Below, in pieces: positions 36,301 through 48,300 of a DNA stretch of 64,000 bases. Numbering within the stretch: position 1 is the first letter of the stretch; every line of letters begins with the position of its first letter. A program made the position numbers and the translations under genes. The stretch spans positions 148,118,001-148,182,000 of the forward strand of contig NC_088794.1 in NCBI RefSeq assembly GCF_011386835.1. Reading direction: 5' to 3'. The stretch comes from Chrysemys picta bellii (taxonomy: Eukaryota). Below the pieces are notes generated by a model. It had not been told where the DNA came from. It ran no database searches and saw only the letters and a program-made list of their open reading frames with translations.

Positions 36301-39300
36301 GTTCAGAAGCTCCTGAAAGCGTTCTTTCGATACGCTCAGACATTCTGCCTCCATGTTCAATGTTACTCCATCCACCTTTGATGAGCAAGGATTTTTCTGT
36401 GGACCAGCTTTTCAGGTGTGCAATTCTTTATAGACCATAATCATTGCTGGCTGATGCAGTTCCCATCAATTGATTTTATTTACCCAAAATATCACATAGT
36501 CTTGCTTTAAACCTGTGCTACACAAGGCATTGAGGTGTTGGTATTCTTAACCAGGAATTCCCTACCCTGTCCAGTTAATTGGATTTTAATGCAAATTTCT
36601 TGCATTTTACCCTCAAAGCTGACCATGCCACAGTCCAAGAATTGGGAACATCCAAAATTCAGTTTTACCCAATAGATAAAATGGGTCTCTAGCCATTCAA
36701 ATGCACACTTAGCATGCACAATCTACGCCTTCTCAAATAATCATTGCCAATGAGCAACTGCCACATTTTAGTGTTTTAATTTCAAAATACCAAAAGCAAA
36801 TCAATCACGCTGTAAACTCATTTTAAGCAGGCAACACTGATCCACTTGAAAATATCCATTTGTTCAAAAATTTCTTAAATGCTCTTCCAGCTTGGGAGTA
36901 GATTTCTGTAGCCAAATTTCAAAGTCCTATTTCTACAGTGTTGCTAACAGAAATGCCAGGACAATCGTACAGTGGCACCAGTGTAAGGTTATGTCTACAC
37001 AACAGGGGCACAACTACAGTGCTGCAGCTATGCCACTACAGAGCCATAGTTTAGACACTTCCCATATTGACAAAAAGGGGTTTTTCCCTCGATGTAGATA
37101 ATCTACATCACCGAGAAGTGGTAGGTACATCAGTGGAAGAAACCTTCAGTACGCCTACACGCATCTACACCAGGGATTAGGTCTACCTAACTATGGCATT
37201 CAGGGTTATGAAAAATTTTCATGCCCCGAGTGATTTAGTTTTAGGTGCAGACCAGGCCTAGTAGTTTCAACTGAGATTTTACTGGCTGGGAGACAGAAGT
37301 CCATGGACAATGATAATACAAGACTACTTAAACACAAGAGGGAACAATCCAATTACTAAGGCAGTTCAACTTTTATGTAAGACTGAAAGGTCACAGCTGA
37401 ACCAAGCAAATTAAGTCAAATCTAGTACAACACCCTCAGTGCAGCTATACAGAGGCTCCTAGAGCATGAGGAAAGTTAAGTCAAGTAAGTGATCCTTTAT
37501 ATGCAATGTTCTCTCCATCTCATCCAACCTGTAAAGGGTAACTGTCAGATTCAAACTTGGATATTAAATTTCCTCTCTCTTAGATTTTTAAGTCTTTACT
37601 TGTAATCATCTAATCAAATGTTATTTTCCCATAATTTATGCTGTTTACCTTTTCTACTACGTTCATCTGACACAATGAAAACAATTGTCTCTAATCAGTA
37701 TCATTGTACATTCACAGGATGCTATATGTTTGGATTGCAAACACTCCAGAAGACGTTAAATTTCAAGGGAAACAATTTTTAAAATGTGTGGACTGCTATA
37801 GATGTTTTCTATTAACAAGCATTTAAAAAACCCAAATTTGGGATCTAAGTTGACCCTCAGTGCCTTATGGGGCCTTAGAAGTCAGTGGACATAAGTGAAC
37901 TCAGTCAGTTCCTTGTTGACTAATTCCCACATACAAAGAAACACCACAAAGCCACAACTAGCATCTTCAGTGTTGAATGAGCATGGACACACTTTCAAAG
38001 CAGTCATGGCCCAATGTTTCAATGCAAGTGCTGTGTTTAGGAACTAAAAATTATTCATGCAAGATCTACAGCAGGCTTTGAAGCTACTACTCAGAAAGTT
38101 GTTACCCAGATATGAAAGTCCCTAGCTTTCAGGAGACCAGATAATCCATGTGAAATTCTTAGTTTCGGAACAAAGTGAAACAAATATTGCTGCAACGTAA
38201 ACGTGACAACAACCAGTAGTAAATTGGTGACTTGTTCGTTTTAAAGTGTTTTGGAGGACTGAAGTCACTAATGTTACCGTTCTGATGAGAAATACTATTT
38301 GTCAATGCCTCCTTCCCACATGGACATGGTGTCAGCTCTCTGTTCATGGAACAAGGGTCCTTTTGGTGATACACAGTGATCACTAGCTCTCATAGCAGCT
38401 GTTCATCCTGGCAAAGCGGTAGGGAAGTCCTCCTCTTCCTGGATCATGTGGTATCTAACAATGTTATTGGGGCAGGCAAGGAGCTGTGGTAGCAACAGAT
38501 GCTTCTGCAGCAATAGTAGGTGTGCTCTTATTCTCCCGGGGGCTCCAGGCTCTTTGCCCAAAGTGATTTTTAGTTCTCTAATGGTGAGCTGGCAACCTGA
38601 AATTAAGCCCTGACTACAGTACATATAGGAAATGAAACAAGTGGTCATTTAAAATCCCCTCCATCCAATACACTAATTCACTTTATGGACTCATGTCCAG
38701 GAAGAATCAAATTTAATAAGCAGCCAATTTCAATGTTGTGTGACCAAAAATAACTGAAGTCACCTACTTGTTTTTGCAATCCAGTGCAAATAAAATGAAA
38801 GCCTGCCTGATTTCAGGCTGTGCAAAACATTTGCTCCAAGGCTAGCCATTGCATGCAAGTTTTATCCAGCATGGAAGTGTCAGTAAAATTTTAAATACTA
38901 GTCCCTTAAAATAGAGGGCTCTCTTTTCTCTAGAAGCACTGAGGGATACCATTATACAATTTGTTACATAGACAGTTATTGCTTTCCAGTGACTCTAGTA
39001 CACATTTAGAACAGATGAAGTAAGCCGTGCTGCATTGAATCATGTGCACTGTGCAGCAAGGTCTAGACCGGGGCAGGCAAACTTTTTGGCCTGAGGGCTA
39101 CATCGGGTTTCGTAAGTTGTATGGAGGGCTGGTTAGGGGACGGGATCGTGGTCTTGCCCCCGCCCCATCTGCCCCCCCCCCCAGGACTCCTGCCCCATCC
39201 ACACACCCCCACTCCCTGTCCCCTGACTGCCCCCGGACCTCCGCCGCCCCATCTAACCCCTCCTCTCATTCCTGCCGCCCCCCCCCCCCCCCCGGGACCC

Positions 39301-42300
39301 CTACCCCATCCAACCACCCCTTTTCCCTGTCCCGACTGCCCCCTGCCACCCCATCCAACCCCCCATCCTTCCTGACTTCCCCCCCCAGGACTCCTGCCCC
39401 CATTCAACCCCCTGTTCCCCCCCACCCCATCCACACCCCTGCCCCCTGACCACCCCCCCGAACTCCCCTGCTCTCTATCCAACCCCCCCCCCCCCGCTCC
39501 CTGCCCCCTTACCACACTGCCTAGAGCACTGGGTCAGGCCAGGCTCTGCAGCTGCGCTGCCCCAGGAGCTCACAGCCCCACCGCCCAGAGCATTGCGCCG
39601 GCGGCGGGGCAAGCTGAGGCTGCGGGGGAGGGGCCGAGGGCGAGCCCAAGGTGCTAGTTAACTTGTGCTGATGGTTAATGGCCCTCACAAAGGGCCACTC
39701 TGCTGGCCAGGTCCACTGGAGTACATTGGGCTTAGCCTACCCCTTCCTACCTCTGACACACGCCCTATGTCAGAAAACCCCCAGGAATCAGATGCTGCCT
39801 TAAGGCAGTTTTATATCCCCTTTGTGCCATAAAGAGGATTTATGAAGGAATGAGAATGTGGTCTTGTGGCAAGACACCATAATTAATGTAACTACTTCCT
39901 CTCCCTTGCATCTACTGTAAAGACTTTACAGTATGGATACTGATCGCACACCTTTAAATACGGTCATACAAATAAAATTATCTTGTACTGAAAGTTTCTT
40001 ACGTTTGTAGATGGAATTTGTTTGCATATTTCAAATATACCTAAGGTACATTACCGGAATTGGGAAGTGTTCATATTCAAAAGTCAGTGATAAAAGTTTC
40101 TCTTCAGCTCGCAGTATAATCAGAATCCTAGTCTAGACTCTGATTAAATATTGACCTAGAGCTATAAAGTGTCAGTTAAAAAAAAAATAATCCAGTCCAT
40201 ATTTAAATAAGGAAATCTACTGATCTTAAAAGATTTGGTTTTTGACAGTCCTAACCAACTGAAGCGTTCAGTTTATTCACAGAGCTGGTAAAAACAAGTG
40301 GGGCTGTGCAAATCTCCCCACACAGTCCTGGCAGCATGCCTGATCCTTCAGTTGGAGAAATCAGCTCTAGGACTTCCATTTCTACATCCATTTAATCCTT
40401 AGCCATTGCGTTGAGGCTGCCAAGAATGTCGGAACGACAATTTTTTTTGCAGAGTCTTGTCCACAGGGAATGGGACAAAGACCATACAGGCGAGTCTCAT
40501 CTTACGCGGGGGTTCCGTTCCGCGGTCAGCACGTAAAGCGAAAACCATGTATAGTCAAAATTACATTGGGTTGAATGGCGGGCGGAATCGCCAGCACAAC
40601 AGGTACAGTATTAAAATTGTTATTTTTCTCTTTTTTGTTTTTGCCGACCGCGTAAAGCTGAAATTGCGCATGTTAAATGCGCGTAAGATGCAACAGACCT
40701 GTAGTTTCACTGAAAGAAGTTATTTAACAGCCATCAGATTGCCCAACTTTGGGCACTACCAACCTGAGCTAAGTCTAAAAAGTTTGTTATCCCCTCTATC
40801 CCATTAAGTTCCTAACGATTTAACTTCTTAAAAGACATTTTGATCAATTTGGCACAGTACAATGTGAATTACAACCTCTGGTTTTTCTTCCTCCTAGAAC
40901 GTGTGTTGTGGAAGATCATTATATAATCCATTTATTCTGCTAACATCATTTCCCACGTTGTGTACATGCATTAACGGAGTACCAAAATGCTCATCCTCTC
41001 ACAAACCGATTTCCTCCTGTTTGTCTGTCACTTGCTGCATCACTCTAAAATTTAGTCCAGAAGCGCCCTGGGCTAGTTACTGGCTCGTTCTATGCCTTCT
41101 ATGAAGAGCCAAACACACCTTTGGGAACTATAAAATATTAACAGGTAACCGTGATTGCCGAAAGTAGAGAAGAAAATGGAATTCTACCCTTTCCCAAACA
41201 AAGAAGAGGATTATGTTTTCTTATAGCACTTACTGGGGGGGCGAGGAGGAGGGGGAAGAGAGGAAGGAAGAATCAAACTTCTATTTTCCTACTCCAACAC
41301 TATAGTGACGTAAGTAACAGCAGCACAGGGTTAGCTTTCAGTTTTACAAGCTTAGCATCCTATAACTGATATTGATATAGTAATCTCAGCTGTTCACATA
41401 TTCTCTTCTTGTAATAGTTTTAAAATCTAATTCAACCACTAACGTACTGTGACAGTACACCCCATATTTGTCATGGTAATATTATATATATATGATATGA
41501 TTAGTGCATAATAATGATGCATTTCATACCTGAGAACTCCAGACAGCCTGTAAGTAATGGCTGCTATGACTCAAGGGCATGTGACCAGGCCACATGACTC
41601 TAGACTCCATTTTGGGTATCAGTATTTTTTCCACAAACTGGTCTGGGAGCCAAGTTTGAAACAAAGGGTTCCCACTATATGGAAAAGCTATATAAGGCAG
41701 GGAGTGACCTCATCTGTTGTTCTTCACTCCCCCACAACTCAACAGCTGAAAGAAGCTCTGAAAGAAAAGGACTTGGAACGGGGGCGGGGAACCCAGCTGC
41801 AAAGCAAGTACAGCTTGTGCCTTGAGAATCTGGAAGCCTGCTTGTATCATGAGTCAGGGTGAGAAATTGCTAATTCATATCCAATCTTTCTAGTATCTTA
41901 GGTTTACTTTGTGGTTTTGTGTATTTACTAGGTAATCTGCTTTGATCTGTTTGAGATCACTTAAAATCTATCTTTTTGTAGTTTATAAACTTGTTTTATA
42001 TTTTGATCTAAACCAGTGTGCCTTTAAGTGAAGTATCTAAGGAAGTATCAGAGGGGTAGCTGTGTCTGGATCTGTAAAAAGCAACAAAGAGTCCTGTGGC
42101 ACCTTAAAGACTAACAGATATATTGGAGCATAAGCTTTTGTGGGTGAATACCCACTTCATCAGACGTATGTGTCTAGGGAAAAATCTCAGCTTAGTTAAC
42201 ACAACTTTGTTGCATATTCCTCGCCACACCTAGGGAGAGGTGAACCGGGTAATAAATTCATATTGGTTGGAGTTTTGATCAGGGGTGGGTGGTACAGCTC

Positions 42301-45300
42301 TGGGGTCCTAGGTTGGGAAGCTGGGGGGTATCTTGGCTGTAGCCTCTCTATTGTTGGTTCATGCAGTGGCTGGTCTGCCTGCATGTAACTGGAGCTCAGT
42401 GTGTCCCTGTCTGTATGAATGCGGGAGTGTAGGCCTGGGAACAGTCTACAGCTTGTCCTAGCAGCACAGTGAGAGAGGGAGCCCAGGCTGGTGGGCCAGA
42501 GGGCTCAGTGGAACCCCAGTTCCAGGTGGCACCCTGGGTGGAACCCATCACATGTACATCTAAGGCCTTTGTTTACTGCACCGCTGCTTACTAAGTCAGT
42601 GCAGGTTACAACTCAAGACTCATTTGTAGTCACCAAATAACAAATACAAGAAGTGCCATCTATTCATTATCTATCATACAGTAAGTGTTGCTGTGATGTA
42701 GATGTCATGAGGGATGAAGGGACCTGCAACTCCTGAGCATACAGTATATAGGTGCTCTTTAGGAACAGTTCTGGACAACGCTTTGCTCTAAAGGTGTACA
42801 AGTTGCCTTTACTATCTAAACTCAGTACACCACAGCAGCAGCTTGTACTGCAAGTAATGGACTGAATGGCCAGAATGTTTACGAAATGACTCTCCGATAA
42901 ACCAGAATTCTGTGAACATTCCTTTTGCCATGTTTGTCCAAATGCATTCTGAATGTCTTACAAACCTTGCTCTGAAGCCATATTTTCATAGATATATTAT
43001 TCATGCAATTCTTTCATTATGGAATTATACATCCCAGTCATTTCTCTTTTGGATGGGTAGGGAAAAAAGCCTAGATTCCCTCCCCAACTCCCATAAAAGT
43101 CACATGAGAAGCTAGAAACAGCATATTCTACACTACAGGGAAGAAAATAAGATACTTCCACTTGTTTATTTAGCCATCACTACTACTTGGGAACAAGAGT
43201 CAGTCCAGGACCCCTCTTCCTATTCCACTGAAATGATGATACTGAAACCTGTTGTAGTGTACATTTCTGTAATGTTAGAGGATTGGGATTACACTCCATT
43301 AAGCAGTAAACTTTTGTTTAAATAACTATCATGAAAAAAATCACATGCATTTGATTATTCTGTGTGACTTTTCCTTTGGTCTTTCAGATTCAGGTTTGCT
43401 GTATGAAGTGGATAAATCTTCTTCTACCTCTCCTACCTGAACGCTACCAAATACAAATGCTAGCCAGAAATAAACATCCATTTCTATATTTAAATGTACT
43501 TGATTGAATACTGTAAAGACTCATTACAGCAGGTGGACTTGCGTTACATTCACTTACCTCCTTCGATTGATTTGCCTTTCCTATGGCGTCCTGAGTCAAG
43601 CGCTCTTGAACCAAAATGCGAATTGCCTAGAAAAGTTTGAAGACCAAAGAAAGAATTCCATGTTGATGCATGTCTCTCCAGTACTCCATGGAAGTCAAAC
43701 AGCGTGAAGCAGCTTTAACCTCAACCAGAGGCTAGCTCATCCTGAGGATGAACTAGCCATGGTCCCTTCCCAAGTCAACAGCACCTACTTTTGAGGCTAT
43801 GCTGACAGCTGGAAGGCCCACAAAATTTTGCACTACTGGAAACTGTCCAATGAAGAAAGAAGAACAGGAGTACTTGTGGCACCTTAGAGACTAAATTTGT
43901 TAGTCTCTAAGGTGCCACAAGTACTCCTGTTCTTTTTGCGGATACAGACTAACACAGCTGTTACTCTGAAACCTGTCCAATGAAGGTGCTTACTGCCGCT
44001 CGGAGCCCTTTGCCATGGTTTGAGCCCTCGTCCACCCGCCCAGAATCGGAAGTAAATCTGGCTATTGAGTTGTTTATAAAACATGAAGTCAAAAGGACTT
44101 GTAATATTTAAAAATTGGGAAAAAAGTACAGCCTTGATCTTGGATATTTTACAATCCTTCTGCCCATCTGGTTAATTTACTGGCTCCTGCACTTGGCAAC
44201 TTTCGCCACTCCAGGACTATTCATACGGATATACGTCTGTATAAAGGCCTCTAAAAATAACTCTGGATACGAGAGCGCCAGAATTAGACCATAACAAAGC
44301 AAAAAGTCTGCTCATTCCAGCTGTTTCTCTCACCATTTCCTTGCTGAGTTATTCAAGTCTGACAAAAGCACTCAAATTACTTCATGCATCACTTCACTTT
44401 CTATTTCTCCTGTTGCCTGACATATGATTAAAGTTGACATGTGACATTACAACATCGAGCTAAGGCAATATAGAATTTTCTTTCAAACCAGGGGAACTGG
44501 CATTAAGAGAGATTAATTTGACTAAGAATATGAATTTGTTTAGGATGTCTCATCATGAAATCATTACAGCTGCGATGACTATCAAAATAATGAGACTTAG
44601 CAGAAAGAAAATTATTTTAGCACTGTTGGTACCTGTGAGGAAGGTGTTCTCCCCGGCCAACTTCTCAAAAGGTTAGCTGGGCAAAGAGAACATCAAGGAA
44701 TTTTTGCTTTACTAGCTACTAAGGTTTAGTAAATTTTAGCTGGAACTCTTGTTCTCTCTTAGGCTTTTCTAAAGCAGCCATTGTATAACAGCCAAGTATT
44801 AATTTAGATTATCACATTGTTCACATATAGAAATTATGTATCACAAAATTGTGCACAAAACAGCAATTCCGCTGACACATTCTAGCAATATCAAGCCACG
44901 AGAACAAAATTAGGGTGGTTTATATAGCCAGAACTGCCAGCATGAAGTTTTAGTCTTAACCCAGTTAAAAGCAAAAGAGCTCTCTCAGGATTTTCTTTGC
45001 CGTACTCTCCTCTTGCCTGTTGTGTTTTGTCATCCTCTCCACATTTCTGGTCCTATTCACTGCTTTTCTCTTAAATTTTGAATTTTCAATACATTTACAT
45101 AGAAAAACATAATACAAATATAGTAGGGCTGTCGATTAATCGCAGTTAACTCACGATGAATTGCGATTAATATTTTAAAATCGAGATTAAGGTTTTTTTT
45201 TAGTTAATCACAGTTTTAATCGCACTGTTAAACAATAGAATACCAATTGAAATTTGTTAAATAGTTTGGATGTTTTCTACATTTTCAAATATATTGATTT

Positions 45301-48300
45301 CAATTACAACACAGAATACAAAGTGTACAGTGCTCACTTTATATTATTCATTACAAATATTTGCATGGTAAAAGTGATAAAAGAAATAATATTTTTCAAT
45401 TCACCTCATACAAGTACTGTAGTGCAATCTCTTTATTGTGAAAGCGCAACTTACAAATATAAATTTTTTTTGGTTACATAACTACACTCAAAAATAAAAC
45501 AATGTAAAACTTTAGAGCCTACAAGTCCACTCAGTCCTACTTCTTGTCCAGCCAATCACTAAGACAAACAAGTTTGTTTACATTTACGGGAGATAATGCT
45601 GCCCACTTCTTATTTACAATGTCACCTGAAAGTGAGAACAGGCATTCGCATGGGACTTTTGTAGCCGGCATGGCAAGATATTTACGTGCCAGATATGCTA
45701 AACGTTCGTATGCCCGTTCATGCTTTGGCCACCATTCCAGAGGACATGCTTCCATGATGATGACACTCGTTAAAAAAATACATTAATTAAATGTGACTCA
45801 ACTCCTTGGGAAAGAATTGTATGTCTCCTGCTCTGTTTTACCCACATTCTGCCATATATTTCATGTTATGGCAGTCTCAGATGATGACCCAACACATGTT
45901 CGTTTTAAGAACACTTTCACTGCAGATCTGACAAAAAGCAAAGAAGGTACCAATGTGAAATTTCTAAAGATAGCTACAGCACTCGACTCAAGGTTTAAGA
46001 ATCTGAAGTGCTGTCCAAAATCTGATCGGGACGGGGTGTGGAGCATGTTTTCAGAAGTCTTAAAAGAGCGACACTCCGATGCGGAAACTACAGAACCCGA
46101 ACCATCAAAAAAGAAAATCGACCTTCTTTTGGTGGCATCGGACTCCGATGATGAAAATGAACATGTGCTGGTCCGCACTGCTTTGGATCATTATTGAGCT
46201 GAAACAGTCATCAGCCTGGACGGGTCTTCTGGAATGGTGGTTGAAGCATGAAGGGACATATGACTCTTTAGCACATCTAGCACATAAATATCTTGCGACG
46301 CCACCTACAACAGTGCCATGTGAAGCCTTCTTCTCACTTTCAAGTGACATTGTAAACAAGAAGCGGGCAGGCTTATCTCCTGCAAATGTAAACAAACTTG
46401 TCTGTCTTAGTGATTGGCTGAACAAGAAGTAGGACTGAGTGGACTTGTAGGCTCTAAAATATTACATTGTTTTATTTTTGAATGCAATTATTGTTTGTAC
46501 ATAATTCTACATTTGTAAGTTCAACTTTCATGATAAAGAGATTGCACTACAGTACTTGTACTAGGTGAATTGAAAAGTACGGTTTCTTGTTTTTTACAGT
46601 GGAAATATTTGTAATCAAAAATAAATATAAAGGAAGCACTGTACACTTTGTATTCTGTGTTGTAATTGAAATCAATATATTTGAAAATGTAGACTACATC
46701 CAAAAACATTTAAATATATAGTATTCTATTATTGTTTAACATTGCGATTAATTTTTTAAAATCGCTTAACGGCCCTAAAATATAGTGATTATTGCTGTCT
46801 AGCACTGGATATAGTGAAGACGTAAAAACTACATTTTTAACATAGCTATTACAGGTTACCATGTACTTCATAAGAAGGTATTACAAACTTCTAAATCCAC
46901 ACTATCTCCAAAACAAATTTACACTATATGCTTTTATTTGTCTGAAATACCTAGCATATTTTTGGTTGCTGAACAAAACAAAGCTTATTTCCACATTTTG
47001 TTATGATCAAGACTGAGGGGTTACTTTGCTCCAATCCAGTACAATGATGTAAGAATACAGTTTTGATCCGAGATTCATAGAAGACTACGGAGTTCCATCA
47101 CTGAACCACAGATCTTCTGTGTCTTCCAATTAGTACTTGGGATAGGAGCGTAAATTAGAAAATTAATCAGCCAATTTGCTTTATCTGGCCATTAAAAAGT
47201 CTGATTAATTTACAGGATAAAATAAGATCTGCTTAAGTTAAGGCAAAGTGGAAGGACAGTCATGTGGAAGAAGTACAGGACTGGAAGTCAGGAGATACAG
47301 GTTCTAATTCTGGCTCTGCCACAGGTTTTTTGAGAGACTCTGGACATGTCACCTAGCCTCTGTCCTTAAGTTTCTCCCACCTCTAGAATTGGAATACTAT
47401 TATTTACTTCACAGGTGTGTTGTGAGGTTTACATTCATTAACATTTTTAAAGCATTCAGAGATACTGGAATCAAAGGCATGAAATAAGTGCAAAGCAGCA
47501 GCTTTAGATGACACGAATTCTCAGTTAACGACTTCAGGAATTCTACCACCATTTGTTGAAAATCTTTGAAATATAAATGCCCATATCTTCAATTCAGAAG
47601 ATCATTTTTCTTTTGCACCAACCAGAAATTAAGTACAAAATGTATTAGCAGACAAACTTTTATTTGCACCCAAAAATCAAAAGTTACTGACTTCACACGC
47701 CATGTTATGGGTGGGTTTTTTTTCCCCCCATGTGAAGTCAGTAACTTTTATTTTTGGGTGCAAATAAAAGTTACCCTAGTTGCTCAGACCAGATTCCCAA
47801 AATATGAAAAACTAAAGATGTGAATCTTACCTTAAGCATTACCAAATAGTCATCATGTCGCTGGATTTGAAGAAGGTTAGCCAAAGCCATCACTCCAGCC
47901 TTAAAGTCAGGATTATTCACTGCAAGATAAATAAATACTGCCATTATATTTGGTTCCAGATATAGAGCAAGAAATCTAACCTGCATTTTGGAACCATAGG
48001 CTTAATTTTAGGGCTGTCAGCTTGACATTGATCCTGGGAAAGATAGTGGGGCGGCTGATTTGGGACTCAAATACTTAAAGGAAGGTAACGTAATTAATGC
48101 AAATCAACATGTTTTTAGAAAATAGATCCTATTGAACTAACTTAATATCATTTTTCACTCAATTGCAAGTTTGGTTGGTAAAGGTGGTGTTGATGTAACA
48201 TGCTTAGACTTCTGTAAGGCATTTGACTTGGTACCATGTGACATTTTGATTAAAAAACTAGAATGATATAAAATTAGCATGTCTCACATCAAATGGATTA

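Noticed and set aside
45793-46432. Domesticated ZBED-like gene
   Set aside because: Fragmentary and frameshifted, lacks BED finger and most of the catalytic domain, lies within TIRs and TSD
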